This document shows, in pieces, positions 23,712 to 37,229 of a stretch of DNA of 64,000 bases. This DNA comes from Mobula hypostoma. Taxonomy: Eukaryota. Position 1 is the stretch's first letter. Every line of letters begins with the position of its first letter. The stretch is taken from assembly GCF_963921235.1 (NCBI RefSeq), contig NC_086097.1, positions 55,926,001 to 55,990,000 of the forward strand, in the 5' to 3' direction. The notes under the pieces are model-generated. The model was not told the origin of the DNA, did not search any database, and saw only the letters and a list, made by a program, of their open reading frames with translations. The position numbers and the translations under genes are program-made.

Positions 23712-24027
23712 GTTCAAAGTTCAAAGTAAGTTTATTAACAGAGTACATACAGTATATGTCACCGCATACTACCCTGAGATTCATTTTCTTGCTGGCATTC
23801 ACAGTAAACAAAGACACATTATAGAGTCAATGAAAAACCCCACACAGTAAGGCAAACAACCCATTTGCAAAAGAAAACAAACTGTGCAAATACAAAAAGA
23901 TGAAAAACAATCATAAATAAATAAACAATAAATATCAGGAGCATGAGATGAAGAGTCCTTTGAATAGGTTGTGGGTATTGGGGTGGGTGAAGTTGAATGA
24001 AGTCATCCCCTCTGGTTCAAGAGCCTT
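23712..24027 (-). mobile_element. Rex1/Babar-type LINE 3'UTR
   Basis: Starts GTTCAAAGTTCAAAGTAAGTTTATT...CCCTGAGATTCATTTTCTTGC and is colinear with 50900-51240. Confidence 0.85.
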
Positions 24028-24384
24028 CATGTACTTCGTGTTAAAAGAGTTTCTAAGTTTGAAACATTGTTAAATAAAATGGGAGATAATTGTGAACTCA
24101 ATTTTTAAAAAAATTATGGATAATGGTTGCACATGAGCTTGGAAGTAAGATCTAATCTTAATCAGTGTGTAGAGCAGTTGCTAAAAAACAATGGACGTTA
24201 GTGCATTATGTGGTATCAAAATGTTAATGATGACCATGGTGACTTTGAAGTGGGTGCAATAAAGTTCATTGGGATGTTGCATGGATTGGAATGTATTTGC
24301 TAAAAGGAAAGTCTGAACGCTGTTTGGTTGTTTCCTCTGGTGCACAAATGCAGAGGGGCAACCTGATAGAGAATATAACATTGA

Positions 24385-24712
24385 GATACATGGAGTCTTT
24401 TACCAAGAGCAGGAATGTTAAATACGAGAGAGCATAGGTGTAAGGTGAGAGATGAGAAGTTTAAGAGAGATGTGGTAGGCAAGTTTTTTTGCACAAAGTG
24501 AGGTAGGTGCCTGCAATATGATACTAGTGCAGGTGTTAGAAGCAGATATGATAGCAATGTTTAAGAGGCATTTAGACACATGCCCAGGCAGGGAATAGAG
24601 GGATACAGACAATGTGCTGGTAGACAGGAGTAGTTAGATTGGTATCATGGCTGGCGAAGACTTGGTGGTCCTAAGGATCTGTTCTGTGTTATACAGTTTT
24701 GTGTTCAATATT
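24385..24712 (+). mobile_element. CR1 LINE 3' fragment
   Basis: GAGCATAGGTGTAAGGTGAGAG...TTTTTTGCACAAAGTGAGGTAGGTGCCTG...TTTAAGAGGCATTTAGACA, the CR1 ORF2 C-terminus and tail. Confidence 0.8.
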
Positions 24713-24997
24713 CTAAATGTATCTCAGATAAAATACAATGGGGTAGAAATCCTTTCATACAAAGATATACTGTGTGGGCTTTCTGCCCCAGTTCATTATA
24801 CGGCATGAATTTGCCATATTCACCAGTGATGTTCAAAAGAATATCAATGGAGCAAGAGTTGTTGACTTGAAATGTGAACTGGCATTTCTTTCCTGGGATC
24901 TGCTAGATTTCCAGTATTTTCTGGTTTTGTGCTCAATAGAATTGACAAATCCTCACGCACAAATCTACATGGGACAGTCTTCATAAACACGAAAAGT

Positions 24998-25118
24998 TCT
25001 GCACATGCTGAGAATCCAAAGCAACACACACAAAATGCTGGAGGAACTCAGTAGATCAGGCAGCATCAATGAAAATGAATAAGTCAATGTTTCAGGCCGG
25101 CAGCCTTTTTCAGGGCTT
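24998..25118 (-). mobile_element. Penelope-like terminal repeat with degenerate hammerhead
   Basis: GCAACACACACAAAATGCTGGAGGAACTCAG...CAGGCAGCATC. The minus strand of 25081-25118 is AAGCC-CTGAAAA-AGGCTGCCGGCCT-GAAA-CATT-GACTT. Confidence 0.85.
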
Positions 25119-25419
25119 ATAGGTCTTCTCCTGTTCGGCTGTGAATTGAGAGAGAATATTTCAGAAACTTTTAATCTATTAAAGAGAAGAGAAATCTTGG
25201 GGATGGAGAGGTTAAGAGGGCATGGGAGAGAATGGGGGTGGAGATGGGGAGGACTGGAATGGGTTAAGGAGAATGATGGAGAGGTTGGCGAGAGGTTCCA
25301 AGGTGCTGGGGAGGAGACCATGAGATAGTTGGTGTCAGGGAGATGATTAAGGCCTGGGTAGAGAAGATTGGTGCTAGAGAGATCATTGTAGAGGGAAGGG
25401 TGTTGAAGATGGGTAAATA

Positions 25420-25592
25420 AATAAAACTGCAGGTGCTGGAATCCAAAACAAAAACAACTACTGTAAGAACTCAGTCAGTCCAAACTGAGGAACAGTGGAG
25501 AGTTAAACATATTTGTATTGTGGTACTCTGTAAACTCTCCATTTGTCCCTCAGTTCTGAGGAAGGGTCATTGATCTGCAACACCAACTGGTC
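25420..25592. mobile_element. Older back-to-back Penelope-derived termini with a plus-strand hammerhead relic
   Basis: Minus-oriented AACTGCAGGTGCTGGAATCC...AGAACTCAG, then CAGTT-CTGAGGA-AGGGTCATTGATCT-GCAA-CACC-AACTG at 25551-25589. Confidence 0.6.
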
Positions 25593-28300
25593 AAACTGCT
25601 CAGAAATTCAGATAGAGAATAGGGCCAATGTTTATTGGAGAGGTGCAGGAAGCTATCCAAGAGGAAACAGAAGATATACTGTAGAAGGGAATAGGGTGGC
25701 AACCATGGTTTTGGAAGCTGGATAGGTGGGTGTGGCTGTTTATATGAATCAGGAATTTGCATTGATAAAGTTAGATGGATGTTTAGAGAATCTTCATGGG
25801 CTGGCAACAGGCGAAGTAGGGATGGGCCCTTGTACTCACAATGGAATGGACATTAATTCTCCTGTTCAAACTTGCTTCAGCATTTGAAACAGTTAAAAAT
25901 TCCATGGTAACAACCATTGTTATATATCTGATGATTAGATCAGACTTCCCACCATGATGCACTCTAACTCTGCACAACACTATCATTCATAGCAATTAGG
26001 TTTTAGAAAAAAATTATGTGAAATATTGTACTACAAAAGAGATTTTCAACCTTATCCCCATCTTAGTCTTTTGGCAGTCTCTTCAGTCTGTCCTAGGTAA
26101 ATAACTGCAACAGCACAATCTTAAATATTAAACATTCTATGTTTTGTTTTAGGTCTGAACTTGCTTGCTCAGTTTCAAGATTCTGAGCTGTGCTAGATAG
26201 AACTTGCTGAAGGTTCTCATCTAATCATTACCTATGAGAATTGCTCATGGAAGGAGAGAGAAATGTCTTTAACTGAATTAGCATTCACCGCGTAAAATCC
26301 TACATATTAAAGAGCTTTCAGAACGATTTTGTCACTACTCTCAGGGAGACTGGGAAAGTGGGAATTTTAACAATAAAATAAGGTATGTCCTGTTTCAGAC
26401 TGTGACCCATTCACCCACTGGTTCACCCACAGAGGTATATAACCAATGCTTTACATTAAAAATTGTGATCCATAAAGGCCCTGTGGGCTTCCTCTGTCTA
26501 GAACCTCAAGCAGGTTACAATCATCTAAGTCTCTTGAGTTCTTTCAGTTGTGGCTACTTTTAGATTTTCCTTCATTTCTGCCCTCAGTCATCCAGAGTGT
26601 CTTGCTTCTAATGGAAACAAAGATCTAGAGTAGGATGGAAATCTGATCTGTTAATCAACCACCAATTAGAAGAGATAAAGATTTGTTGAGCTTTTAATTG
26701 CAGAATTGATTTACCAGGTGTGGCAAGTGGGAGGTCATGACATCAGAGATGAATAAGAGTCATCCATAATTTCATTGATTTCTTGCCTGAAATTAACCTT
26801 GCATCTGGGTGTTAGCTTACAATTTTTCTGTCGGCTTCCATAACTATAATGAAATCTGAGCTACAACCAAAATTTCAGAACAGTACAGTTTACATCTGTG
26901 GAAATACTAATTTCAGAAGATATTCCCTGTTGTAGTAATGTGCCCTTTATTTTTTTGGGGGGGGGATTTTCTTTACCAGTCACCCAGTATTCAGCATATG
27001 CCAATTTTCTGCAGTGTGGCTGTCTGAGCAGCTGGGAACAGGGTTGAGACAACCTTATTCCTCACATATGGCAGGACTTTAACAAAACGTACGGAGAAAA
27101 TTTTGATCCTCTCATTTTCCACTGCATTTGAACCAGAGTTGAATGGCTTGTGTTCAACCTATAGCTCAGCCTTCATAATATCAAGCATTCCAGTGGTCTG
27201 GGAGGAGATTATTAACACGTCATGCTTTATACAAGGTCCTTTGTAATTTTTTTTCCTGATCTGTTAGTGAACATTTTTTTGTTCAGTCACAGCCTCCACA
27301 AACGTAGAACATGTTGTGTATTAAACAGTCTCAGTGTTTAGCTGTACTGCATTCTAAACAATTGTGCCAAAGATGATTCTGTGATACATAGTAAAGGTTT
27401 CTACATATAAAAGCAGATCTTACATTATTAAAGGCAATTCATATAGGTGGGCACAAGAACATTGCTTCAAACAGTTGAAGACTATTCTGACAATAACCTG
27501 TTAGATGCTTCAATAGGAAACAACTGTCGATTGTGTATTGATGTACGTGTACAACCAACACGAATGTTAAACTATTTTAGTTTCATCAAGTGCTTCTTCA
27601 ACCCACTATAACAGATTTATCTAGCTCTAGAATTAAATCCACACTGAATGCTCTTGCAAACAGAAGGTTGTGAGGGGAATTTTGAAAAGTCAGCCCATGC
27701 GTACATATCTTAATAGCCATCTCAGCAAATGGAAAAAAAATTGCAAATTATTGAACCTTTATTATTTACATGACTTTTGTGTTCATCTGGATGAGAGACA
27801 GTAGTCCTCTGAGAAAGAATGTTTTCCCTTTCAGGCTCTCAAGATTAAGTGCTTTCATATCAGAGAGTGAACAATTAAATGAAAAGGAAGGCTCCAACAA
27901 TAGGTCACACTGAAAAAGACCTCTTATATTTAGCATGTTATCTATTTCCACGTTCTGTACCAACAATCCAGAATCAGAGAGGAGCAATTTCACACCAAAT
28001 TTAAGGAAGATTCTGCATGGGTATAAACCACCTAAGAACTGGGTTAAATAGCCCACATGTCAGACAGTAACTCTAACCAAGTTATCAAGAATGTTTTATT
28101 CCCAGAATATTTTACATGGAGTATTCTAATAGAGGTACATCTGCTGTTTGGCCACATGTTTCTCATGAGTCCTCTATATCAAACTTGTAATGGTATGAGT
28201 TCCACTAATGTGTAAATAGGTAAAATAGTTCTTTTTCTTAAAACACTTTTTCTCCCCATCTCTAAAATGATGGAAGAGATTTAAGAATGTGTAAATTTGA

Positions 28301-28301
<1 letters not shown>

Positions 28302-28341
<40 letters not shown>
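28302..28341. repeat. (TG)20 microsatellite
   Basis: Perfect dinucleotide run. Confidence 0.98.
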
Positions 28342-28342
<1 letters not shown>

Positions 28343-29679
28343 AGTTGTTTCACAGATGAATTACATTTTTACTTGAATTAAAAATTGCAGGAAATTTCAT
28401 TTCATCTACTTTTTAAAATTTCAGCTGAGTCTCAATGTGAGCAAATTATTTAATGAAGACTTATGTTCTGCAACATAACAGAACACTGTTTAAACAAACT
28501 CACCACCAATTTTGTGTGCAATTTCCAACTTTTTATGAACTTGATAGCCTAACATAGACTTCAGCAAAATTTCATCATTTCAAAAAGGTGAAAATTTATG
28601 CCACTTATGTTTGGCTTCATTGTCTCTGAATTAAGAAAGATAATCTCTTGATCACAGTCTGTTGTCACTTATTACAATATGGTGTTTATGAATGAAAATA
28701 AGAGTGGGAATGATTTTCCTCCCTCCCCCCACATTCAGCCAAGTGGTTTGCTTATTGATGTGGCTCATATTTGTGTAACACCTGCTTGGAAATAAAACAC
28801 TAGAGTATGCTTGGTACAGACAAAATAATCTACAAACACTCGGTCAGTCATTCTAACCCAAATAGCAAGATGGAAATCCAGATAATTGGTCTTTTAAAAC
28901 TTGTTCATTATTGGTCACTATTGATTAAACAAGAACTAAAATGAGGTGGGGGAGGGAAGGTAGGGGGAAGTGGTAAAACAATTCTTGTAGCTGTTTGATG
29001 GAAGATGAGTGAGATAGCATATAACAATCCATGTAGTTATCCCAATATCTTCAATAAAGGCTGTGAGAAAAGAATCCTTCTTTTTCATGCTGTGACTACT
29101 ATGTCTGTCCATGAACCACACTGGAATTCCTTAAAGTCCCTGTAATCTAGACTCATACCGACTGTGTCACGGGAGGCCCCAGTAAAGTGTTCCCTTCTTC
29201 TGCCTAATAAACCTCATTCTAGTAAAATTACATTTTTGATTATTCAACATTTTTTCTAATCCAGGCCAGAAAAAAAAAGCTTTCTGTCTTTGCTTAATGA
29301 AGTTTTAGTACAAGCTCAAGAAACTGAAATCATACTAATCTTTCTTACTCCAGTGTGTGGCTGTTGAAATTCTCAGCTCTGATAAATTAAGCTACTTATT
29401 AATCTAATTAGCCATATTCATCCCAGAAACTTTCATGTGACTTGAAAAGGCTATTCCGCCTTTTCCTCCTCTGCATAGAAAAGGGCTAAACCTTGCACCA
29501 ATTAAGTTAGTTTTCATGTAATGCTTTAACTATCAGTTCTCTTTAATCACCCAATGGAATAAGGATTGATGGTCAACCAACTGAAAGCAGTAATCTTCTG
29601 GCTTTCTTTGATGGCTAAGATGAAGCTGAACTGTTTGTAAAATTTGAACTGGGCATTTCTATAGATTATATAAAATGTA

Positions 29680-32561
29680 CTGTGGATTCTGGTTAATTGG
29701 GAAACGTCGAAACCAATACATTTTGGCCCAATTAAGCGGCTACACCAATTGGCTGAAGTTTCATGGAAGTAGTTACAAAGGTATAAAAAAGACAAACTAC
29801 CATTTAACTGAGTAACAAATTATGAATTTAAATGAAATACAAAACAAATTAGAACACTACCAATACTATTATAGTACTATAAAACTGTGTATTAGTTCCT
29901 AAAATTTATTGATGGAGGAATTCACCCATTGTATGCAGCCCTGTTCTTTTGATTGATTGTAAGTGAACAAAATCAGTGCAGATAATGGACTGCCTTTATA
30001 CAATGCTTTCAAAATCAGGATCAGAATTAAGTTTAATATCACCGGCATATGTTGTGAAACTTGTTGTTTTGCGGCAGCAGTATATTGCAATACATAATGA
30101 TAAAGCTATAATTAACAATAAGAAGTACATACTGTATACTTCTACATATTTTGTTAAATATATATATAATTAATTTAAATATGTAGTGCAAAAAGAAAGA
30201 TAAAAAAATACTGAGGTAGTGTTGATGTGTCATTGTCCATTCAGAAATCTGATGGTGGAGAGGAAGATGTTGTTCCTTAAACCCCGAGTGTGTGTCTTCA
30301 GGCTCCTGTACCTCCTCCTTCATGGAAGCAACGAGAAGGGGGCATGTTCTGTATGATGAGGGTCATTAATGATAGATGGCATCACGTTTTGAAGGTGTCC
30401 TGGATGCAGGGGAGGCTGGTGCCCATGACGACGCTGGCTGAGTTTACTGCTTTCTGCAACTTTTTCTGACCCTGTGCAGTGGCCCCTCCACACCAAATGA
30501 TGATACAACAAATTAGAATGCTGGACATCCATAGAAATTTGTGGGTGTCATTGGAGACATACCAATTTCCCTCAAACTCCTAATAAAATTTAGCTGCCTT
30601 TGTGCCTTCTTTGTAATTGCATCAAGATGTTGGGCCCAGGATAGATCCTCAGAGAAGTTGGCACCCAGGAACTTGAAACTGCTCACCCGTTCAACTTCAG
30701 ATCCCCCAATGAGGACTGGTGTCTGTCTCTCAACTTCCCCTCCCTGAAGTCCACAATCAATTCCTTGGTCTTACTGACATTGAGTGCAAGGTTGTTGCTA
30801 TGGCACCACTCAACCAACTGATCTATCTTGCTCCTATACTGTATGCCTCCTCATCACCATCTGAACAATACTTGTGTTGTCAGCAAATTTATAGATGGTG
30901 TTTGAGCTGTGCCTAAATGCACAGTGGTGAGTGTAGGGAGAGTACAGCATTGGGCATCCTTGAGGTGTGCCACTGTTATTGTTAGCAGGAAGGAGATGCT
31001 ATTTCCAATCTGTACAGACTATGGTCTCCTGGTCAGGAAGTCTAGGATCTAGTTGAAGAGGCAGGTACAGAGACACAGTTTTAGGAGCTTGTTGATCTGA
31101 AGGTATGCTGGTGTTGAACTCTAAGCTGTAATCAATAACCAGCAGGCTGATGTAGGTATTACTATTGCCCAGGTGATCCAAGGCCAAGTGGAGAGCCAGT
31201 GAGATTGCACCCCCTGTAGACCTATTGTGGCGATAGGCAAATTGCAGTGGATCCAGGTCCTTGTTTAGGCCAAAGTTGATATTAGACATGAACAACCTCT
31301 CAAAGCACTTCATCGTAGTAGATGTCAATGCCACTGGACAATAGTCATTGAGGCAGCTCACCCTGCACTGATATGCTTGTCGCCCTTTTGGAGCAGGTGG
31401 GAACTTCCGACTCCAACGGTGAGAGATTGAAGATGACTTTGAACATTTCCACCAATTGGTGGCATGGGTTTTCAGAATCCTACCAGGTACACAATCAAGG
31501 CCTGACGCCTTGCGAGGATTTACTCTCTTGAAAGATGTTCTGATGTCAGCCTCCGAGACTGAAATCACAGAGTCACCAGATGCCGCAGGGATTTGCACAG
31601 GTGTAGTTTTATTCTCCCTTTATAAATGTGCATGAAAGGTGTTGATCACACCTGGGAGTGAAGCATCACAGCCATTCATCATCTTAGCTTTGGCTTTGTA
31701 GGAAGTAATGGCCTGTAAACGGACAGGCATCCGATTCCATCTCTAACCTCAATCAGAGTTTTTTTTTCACCTTTAAAATAACCTTTTATTGGTCATACCT
31801 GGACTTCTTGTATAGTTACGGATCACTGGTGTTGAATGCCACATATCTAACCCTCAGCAGATTACAAATCTCCTGGTTCATCCATGGCTTTTGGTTTGTG
31901 TATGCTCTCAAAGACACATACTCATGTACACAGGTCTTGATGAAGTTGGTAATTCATTCAGACTCGAAGATGGATCTCTGAATATTGTCCAGTTCACTGG
32001 ATCAAAGCAGTCCTAGAAGCACTCCTCCGCTTCCCTTGACTATACCTTCTTAGTCCTCACCATTGGTGCTGCAGTCTTTAATTTCTGCCTATATGCTGGG
32101 AGTATTGCATTGCATGCCATTGCATCCTCCAAATATTCATTTTCATTGTATCATTCAAGATGATTGATGATACCTTTAAATTCCTCTTGGTTCCTTACAC
32201 GTTCTGGCCATTTCTGGCATCTTCAATCCTAAATGCTTCAAACCCCAGTGAGTAAAACAGTTCTGAATTGTCTTACTACTTATTTCTCAACAACTATCAG
32301 TGACAAAAATCATTGCTTTTTGAACACACACACACACAATTGATGCTATTTAAAAAGTATTTGCTCTAGGTACAGCATGGCCACAAAAATGCATACAACT
32401 AATGCTAGTTAGAAACTGTTCGACAAGTCTCCTGTCCCAATTCTCCCTAATAAACAAAGGGAATCCCAGCTATTTTCTCAATTAGGTTTCACTTTTTAAG
32501 AGTTGTTCCAAATAAGCAGCTGCCCCAATTAATCAATGGCCCTATTAACTGGAATTCACTG
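29680..32561 (-). mobile_element. pogo/Tigger-like non-autonomous element interrupted by a Rex1 LINE
   Basis: TA-flanked termini CTGTGGATTCTGGTTAATTGGG and CCCTATTAACTGGAATTCACTG are imperfect inverted repeats. The minus strand near 32235-32315 reads AMIFVTDSC*EISSKTIQNCFTHWG, resembling the Tigger TIxNCFxxxG motif. Confidence 0.78.
30013..32104 (-). mobile_element. Rex1/Babar-clade LINE, 5'-truncated, decayed RT
   Basis: ORF 30999-31598 reads VNPRKASGLDCVPGRILK...CLNDYCPVALTSTTMKCFERL...LDPLQFAYRHNRST. The 3' tail AATCAGGATCAGAATT lies at 30013. Confidence 0.92.
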
Positions 32562-32869
32562 TATTTATTTGCAAATCTCCTTAAAATAAATTTAATATAA
32601 TTTTCCAGAAGTTATCTATTCAACAGAATATTTGAATGAAAGGTAAAAGATTGGTGTTACTGCAAAACAAAAGCAATTTGAGGGACTTTGTGAAATGCCT
32701 ATTTGCTAAATACACCATGCTACTCTGGCATAGGAAGTTCCTCCACTTAGGTGACCAAAGTAATGTATAAGTTGCCTTAGCCCTCTTAGGACTATACTAC
32801 TTATTGGTTCAGCATCTTTGCACCAGGTTGGAGAAAATAATTTCAAGGAGGCTTTACCTGAAATGGAAA

Positions 32870-33052
32870 AGTATCTCTGGTCTATCAGTGCTTCTATACC
32901 CTGGAATGACTTACCCAATAGCATCGTGGGAATGCCTTCTCGGAAGGACTAAAGTAGATCAAAAGGTGGTTCACCACCACTTTATCATGTACAACTGGGG
33001 GGGCTGCAATTATTGCTGGTGTTTGCTCCCACATCCTGTATTTGAAAAAAAG
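32870..33052 (+). mobile_element. Old CR1/L2-group LINE 3' tail
   Basis: CCCTGGAATGACTTACCCAATAGCATCGTGGG...GGTTCACCACCAC...CCCACATCC with an A tail. A weaker relative lies at about 17530-17665. Confidence 0.6.
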
Positions 33053-33540
33053 TGACACTTCAAATGTAAATTTCTAACATTATCATTCTTTGCATGTTTC
33101 AAATCAGACCACAATTTTTTGATGAAGGCATGCTGTGCATTTCTGATATCTTAGGAAGTATATGGATTTTTATTTAGGATATATAAATATACACATTTGT
33201 ATATAGAAATATGCTGTATCTATCTTCCCAGCAGTCTACAAATATTTAATCTGAAAATTATCTTGTTGGAAGATATTCTTTATTTGTACAATTGTATTCC
33301 TTAATGTAGCTGACCAATTGTTTAGGACATATTAAGGAAAGATTCTCAGAGGATTACATCAATGGTCATCAACACAGATTAATATCAAAAACAGTAGGAA
33401 TGTTCTTCAATGATAAAATATATGAAAAAATCTTTATAATCTTTCCCAATTCCCATTTTTCTCATAAAATTGTTAATTCACATCAAGGGGCAGCTAGGGA
33501 TGTATTCCTGCCCAACGAAGTCAGCAGGGTTAAACTTCCC

Positions 33541-33675
33541 GGCCCGATGAAGGGTCTTGGCCTGAAATATCGATTCTTCATTCCTTTCAACAGATGCTGC
33601 CTGACCTGCTGAGTTCCTCCAGCATTTTGCATGTGTCACTCTGGTTTCCAGCTTCTGCAGAATCTTTTGTGTTTA
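33541..33675 (+). mobile_element. Penelope-like terminal repeat with near-intact hammerhead core
   Basis: CCGATGA-AGGGTCTTGGCCT-GAAA-TATC-GATT followed by AGATGCTGCCTGACCTGCTGAGTTCCTCCAGCATTTTG. Confidence 0.85.
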
Positions 33676-34179
33676 TTCCCGCCCAAGGTGCAGTTCCTCA
33701 TGTAAGAGTATAGAGAGCCTGATCTAATTTAACTATCCAAAATTGACAGGAAAACCTGTCATGGCACTCATTCTGGATCTATACACTTCCAGCCTCATTA
33801 TTATTGATAGTGGACTGCTTCCCCTTTCACAGTACCTAGTGCTGAACCACTAGGTTTTATCTGATATTATTTATGTGTTTTCAGCTGCATTGTTTTACTT
33901 AATTTAGATTTTAAAACATTATTAATGCAGTTAAATATTACATATCTTTGAGAGTGCTGGAAACCCCCACCCTGCTCACTAGAATTTATTTTTTTGCAAC
34001 ATACAAGAAACTATATCAGCATCGATGTGTTATTGTCACCTGAGTTTTTATAGAAAGGTCATCTCTGCTAATCCCCAGGCCTGCCTGAATATGGGAAGGG
34101 TTTAAATCCAGTATGCTTGATCTGGGATCCCTCATAGTTCCCTCACTGAGCTATACAATTTAATTGAGACTCAGAGTGC

Positions 34180-34470
34180 CTTTGACCTCTTCATTTTCTT
34201 AACATGGCCAGGCTGTTACTCAGTCCTCCAGTCTGTCCTAGCAAGCATTGGCAGGCGCTTGAACCACAATGGGCGCCAAAGCCAAATCCAAGCCATTTCC
34301 AGCCAATACCCACATGTCTGTATTTTCTAACAGGAGTTTGTGGATAGCAACCAAGTGCAGAAATTTTGGCCAATTTTAATCTATCTAAACTCAGAATATC
34401 AATGCCAATTTTAGCACCCTGGCTAAGATACCCAACTCAATTCAAACTGCTGGTTAGGTTTGGCTCCTCC
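34180..34470 (-). mobile_element. Possible ancient chondrichthyan tRNA SINE relic
   Basis: GCCAAAGCCAAATCC...GGATAGCAACCAAG...GCCAATTTTAGCACCCTGGCTAAGATACCCAACTCA resembles, from memory, the reverse complement of an old shark SINE. A possible plus-strand relative lies at 58400-58560. Confidence 0.4.
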
Positions 34471-37229
34471 GTCTTCAATGGCCTGTTCACTCCAAAGCAT
34501 TTTAAATGTTCCTGGAACTTTTGATGTTGAGACAATTTCTTACATAGTGCAAAAACATTTTGTAAATGAACAAGGCAGGAGTTTCCAGCACACTCAAAGC
34601 TATATTATATTTAACTACAATAATTATGTTTTAATCCAGATTAGGAAAAATATTGCAGCTGTAAACACTTATGATCTTGTCAGAAGCATTGCTTATTACC
34701 AGCTGTTGGATGCAGTCATAAAGTACCAGCTTTACAGTTATGAAAAAATGTGGATATTGTAATAATTATTAAACCAGTGTGGATTGCTATCTCGGTGTCC
34801 GTCTTTCTAAATGGTAATGTGGTATCAGCAGCTGCAGACGACCGTTGATTTCCCTATTAGTAAACAAGTGCTTTGGAGACCTGTGTGAGACACTTTAAGC
34901 CCACTACTCCCCGAAGTGCTGTCAAGCTTAACTACTAATCCATGGTATTTTAGAGCACTGGAAATTCATCTTTATAAAACCCTAACAAAAAAGGAAGAAG
35001 CCTGGAGGGCATGAGCTCCCTCTGGTGAGACAAATGACATGTTCATTTATTAATGAAACAATAACCCTGGAAGGAGGATCAAAGCATGTCCCGTCCTCAC
35101 TTTACAACCTCCAATTTTCTAAGGCCAAACTATTTAATTGAACCACGACAATGAAATATTTAATTGTTACCATTAAATAAAATTTCAGGTAAGGTACGGG
35201 GAACAAGAAATGTGTCTAATGCAAATGAACAGGATGTTAGTGACTATTTCACAAACAGCATGTGACCAAAGGACAAAACTGTTTTAATTATGGCAATGAA
35301 TGCATAATTGTTGTGTTTATTAGGAAAATCTCATAAGGCAGTAGTTTTGATTTTTCTGTTCTATTTACAGCATCTTAATTACTTTTTGATTACTTTGCAT
35401 ATAAAAGCATGTTGCAAATTGGCACAGACTCTGTTTTAAATATTTAGCAATGAGTTATTTGTTGTACTGCTCTGTGTTATCAAAATGTACGATACTGTAT
35501 GTGTTGAGGCACATTATCATTTATGCATATTGGCTGGCTTATGTACCATGAAGTCAGATCTGACTAACACACTTGACAACATCGCAGGCAAAACTGACTT
35601 GCAGGCCCTAATATGTTGACAGAATGAAATAGTGATTAGTGTATTTTATGATTCATTAATTTGTTTTTTTGCATATTGACTTTCTTCCAATTTGCTCCAG
35701 AAGCTACCTACTTTAAAGAAATATCTTTAAATAAATAGATAACTATCAGAATCATTGTGCAGATTGGCTGTATAGACAGATTGATTAATCACTAAGGGCT
35801 GAAATATTCATTAATTACAACACCTTATGCAAATCCTAATGGAGATATTGCCATGTCTTTTTAAAGTTGCCTGAGAAATTCCATGCTACATGAAATAACT
35901 AGAAACCAAAAACAACTCATTTTATAACCAGCTAAACTTCCATTTAAGTAATTAAAATAATGCCCCATGCAATGTTAGAGTGATTGGAACTTCCCTCTTG
36001 GGAAATGGTGTGATATAATATTTAATCTTTTGTCACTGTATAGACTCCCTTTGCATCAATTGCAGTATAATTCACATTGCCCGGCCTTTTATTTTACCAT
36101 TGGAGTTGATTGGACAGTGTGTAGCATTTTAAATCCTGGGTGGTTTGCTGGGTATAATAGCAATCTCTATGAATATGATTCAGTTTAGTGTAGGTGCCTT
36201 TTGTCTGCATTAATCTGCAAAGGTATCTTTCTAGAATTCTGTAAATGCATTTTATCAATGCATGTCACATTTTCCATTCTTTCATCTCAAACATTTAATT
36301 TAGCATCCAGTCATGCTGGTAATCCTATGTCATGACACTCTCTATTCACCTCTGATTCAGTGCTGACAACAGCTTCTTATAAAGATAAAAATAGGTGAAG
36401 GGTATTATAAAGAAAGAAGGATCCAGCTATGCTGTGAGACCTCAACTCCTGGCAACATCTTTGGTCCCTCAGGTTTCTTTATACTAATTCAGCAAATTAT
36501 TAAGTTAAATAATAAGTCAACTGACAATATTATGATTTAAAGTTTGTATCAACTGGGACCCTGCCTTATTGTTTCTAATCTATAATTCCTCACACTGCAG
36601 GGGGAGTTTTAACTCCTGAGCGGAACATTTATGTCGACACTGCTGGCCTAGGTGTAGCACCGGCAGGCATTGGAAACAGAAAAGCAGATGCAGTTCTGGC
36701 CACTGAGGGAATCAGGTGGCAGCCAGTCAGGCTGGCATTGGAGGGATCTGAAGGATGGGCTGGGAGGCTGTAGTTACTTCCTCTTCACCCTCATTGGAAA
36801 ACCACTGGCACCTCGACTTCTGGTGATTGAAACAATGGACACATATTGAGTGCACTACTGAAGCATAAATTGAAGGGACAGGTCCGTGACAGGTGCTGGA
36901 ACCCCAGTTTACAAAAAAAGCTGCAGGTTTTCTCAGAAATTGAACAATTATGAAGACAATGTGACAATTATGATATGGTTGCATTTCCACTGGATTTTCC
37001 AGTTAATATTACAATTTTTAAATTTTTATTTGGTGCTTAGTTTTATTTAAGTAGCACTGAAATAGGAAATTAGTGATGATCTTATTGATTGGCCCACCAG
37101 TCACAAAGATCACAATGGCTTATTTCTGCTTCTATTACCTGTTGATAATGATTACATCTGTCTTCTGATGGCAGGACAAGATATCTAGATTTCTTTAACT
37201 TTTTTATTTTACACTACGTACCATTCAGA

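Noticed and set aside
26153..26388. Plus-strand exon candidate (TTTTGTTTTAG acceptor, AAG|GTATGT donor)
   Set aside because: It has no credible reading frame and is isolated, so it cannot be distinguished from chance splice-like motifs.
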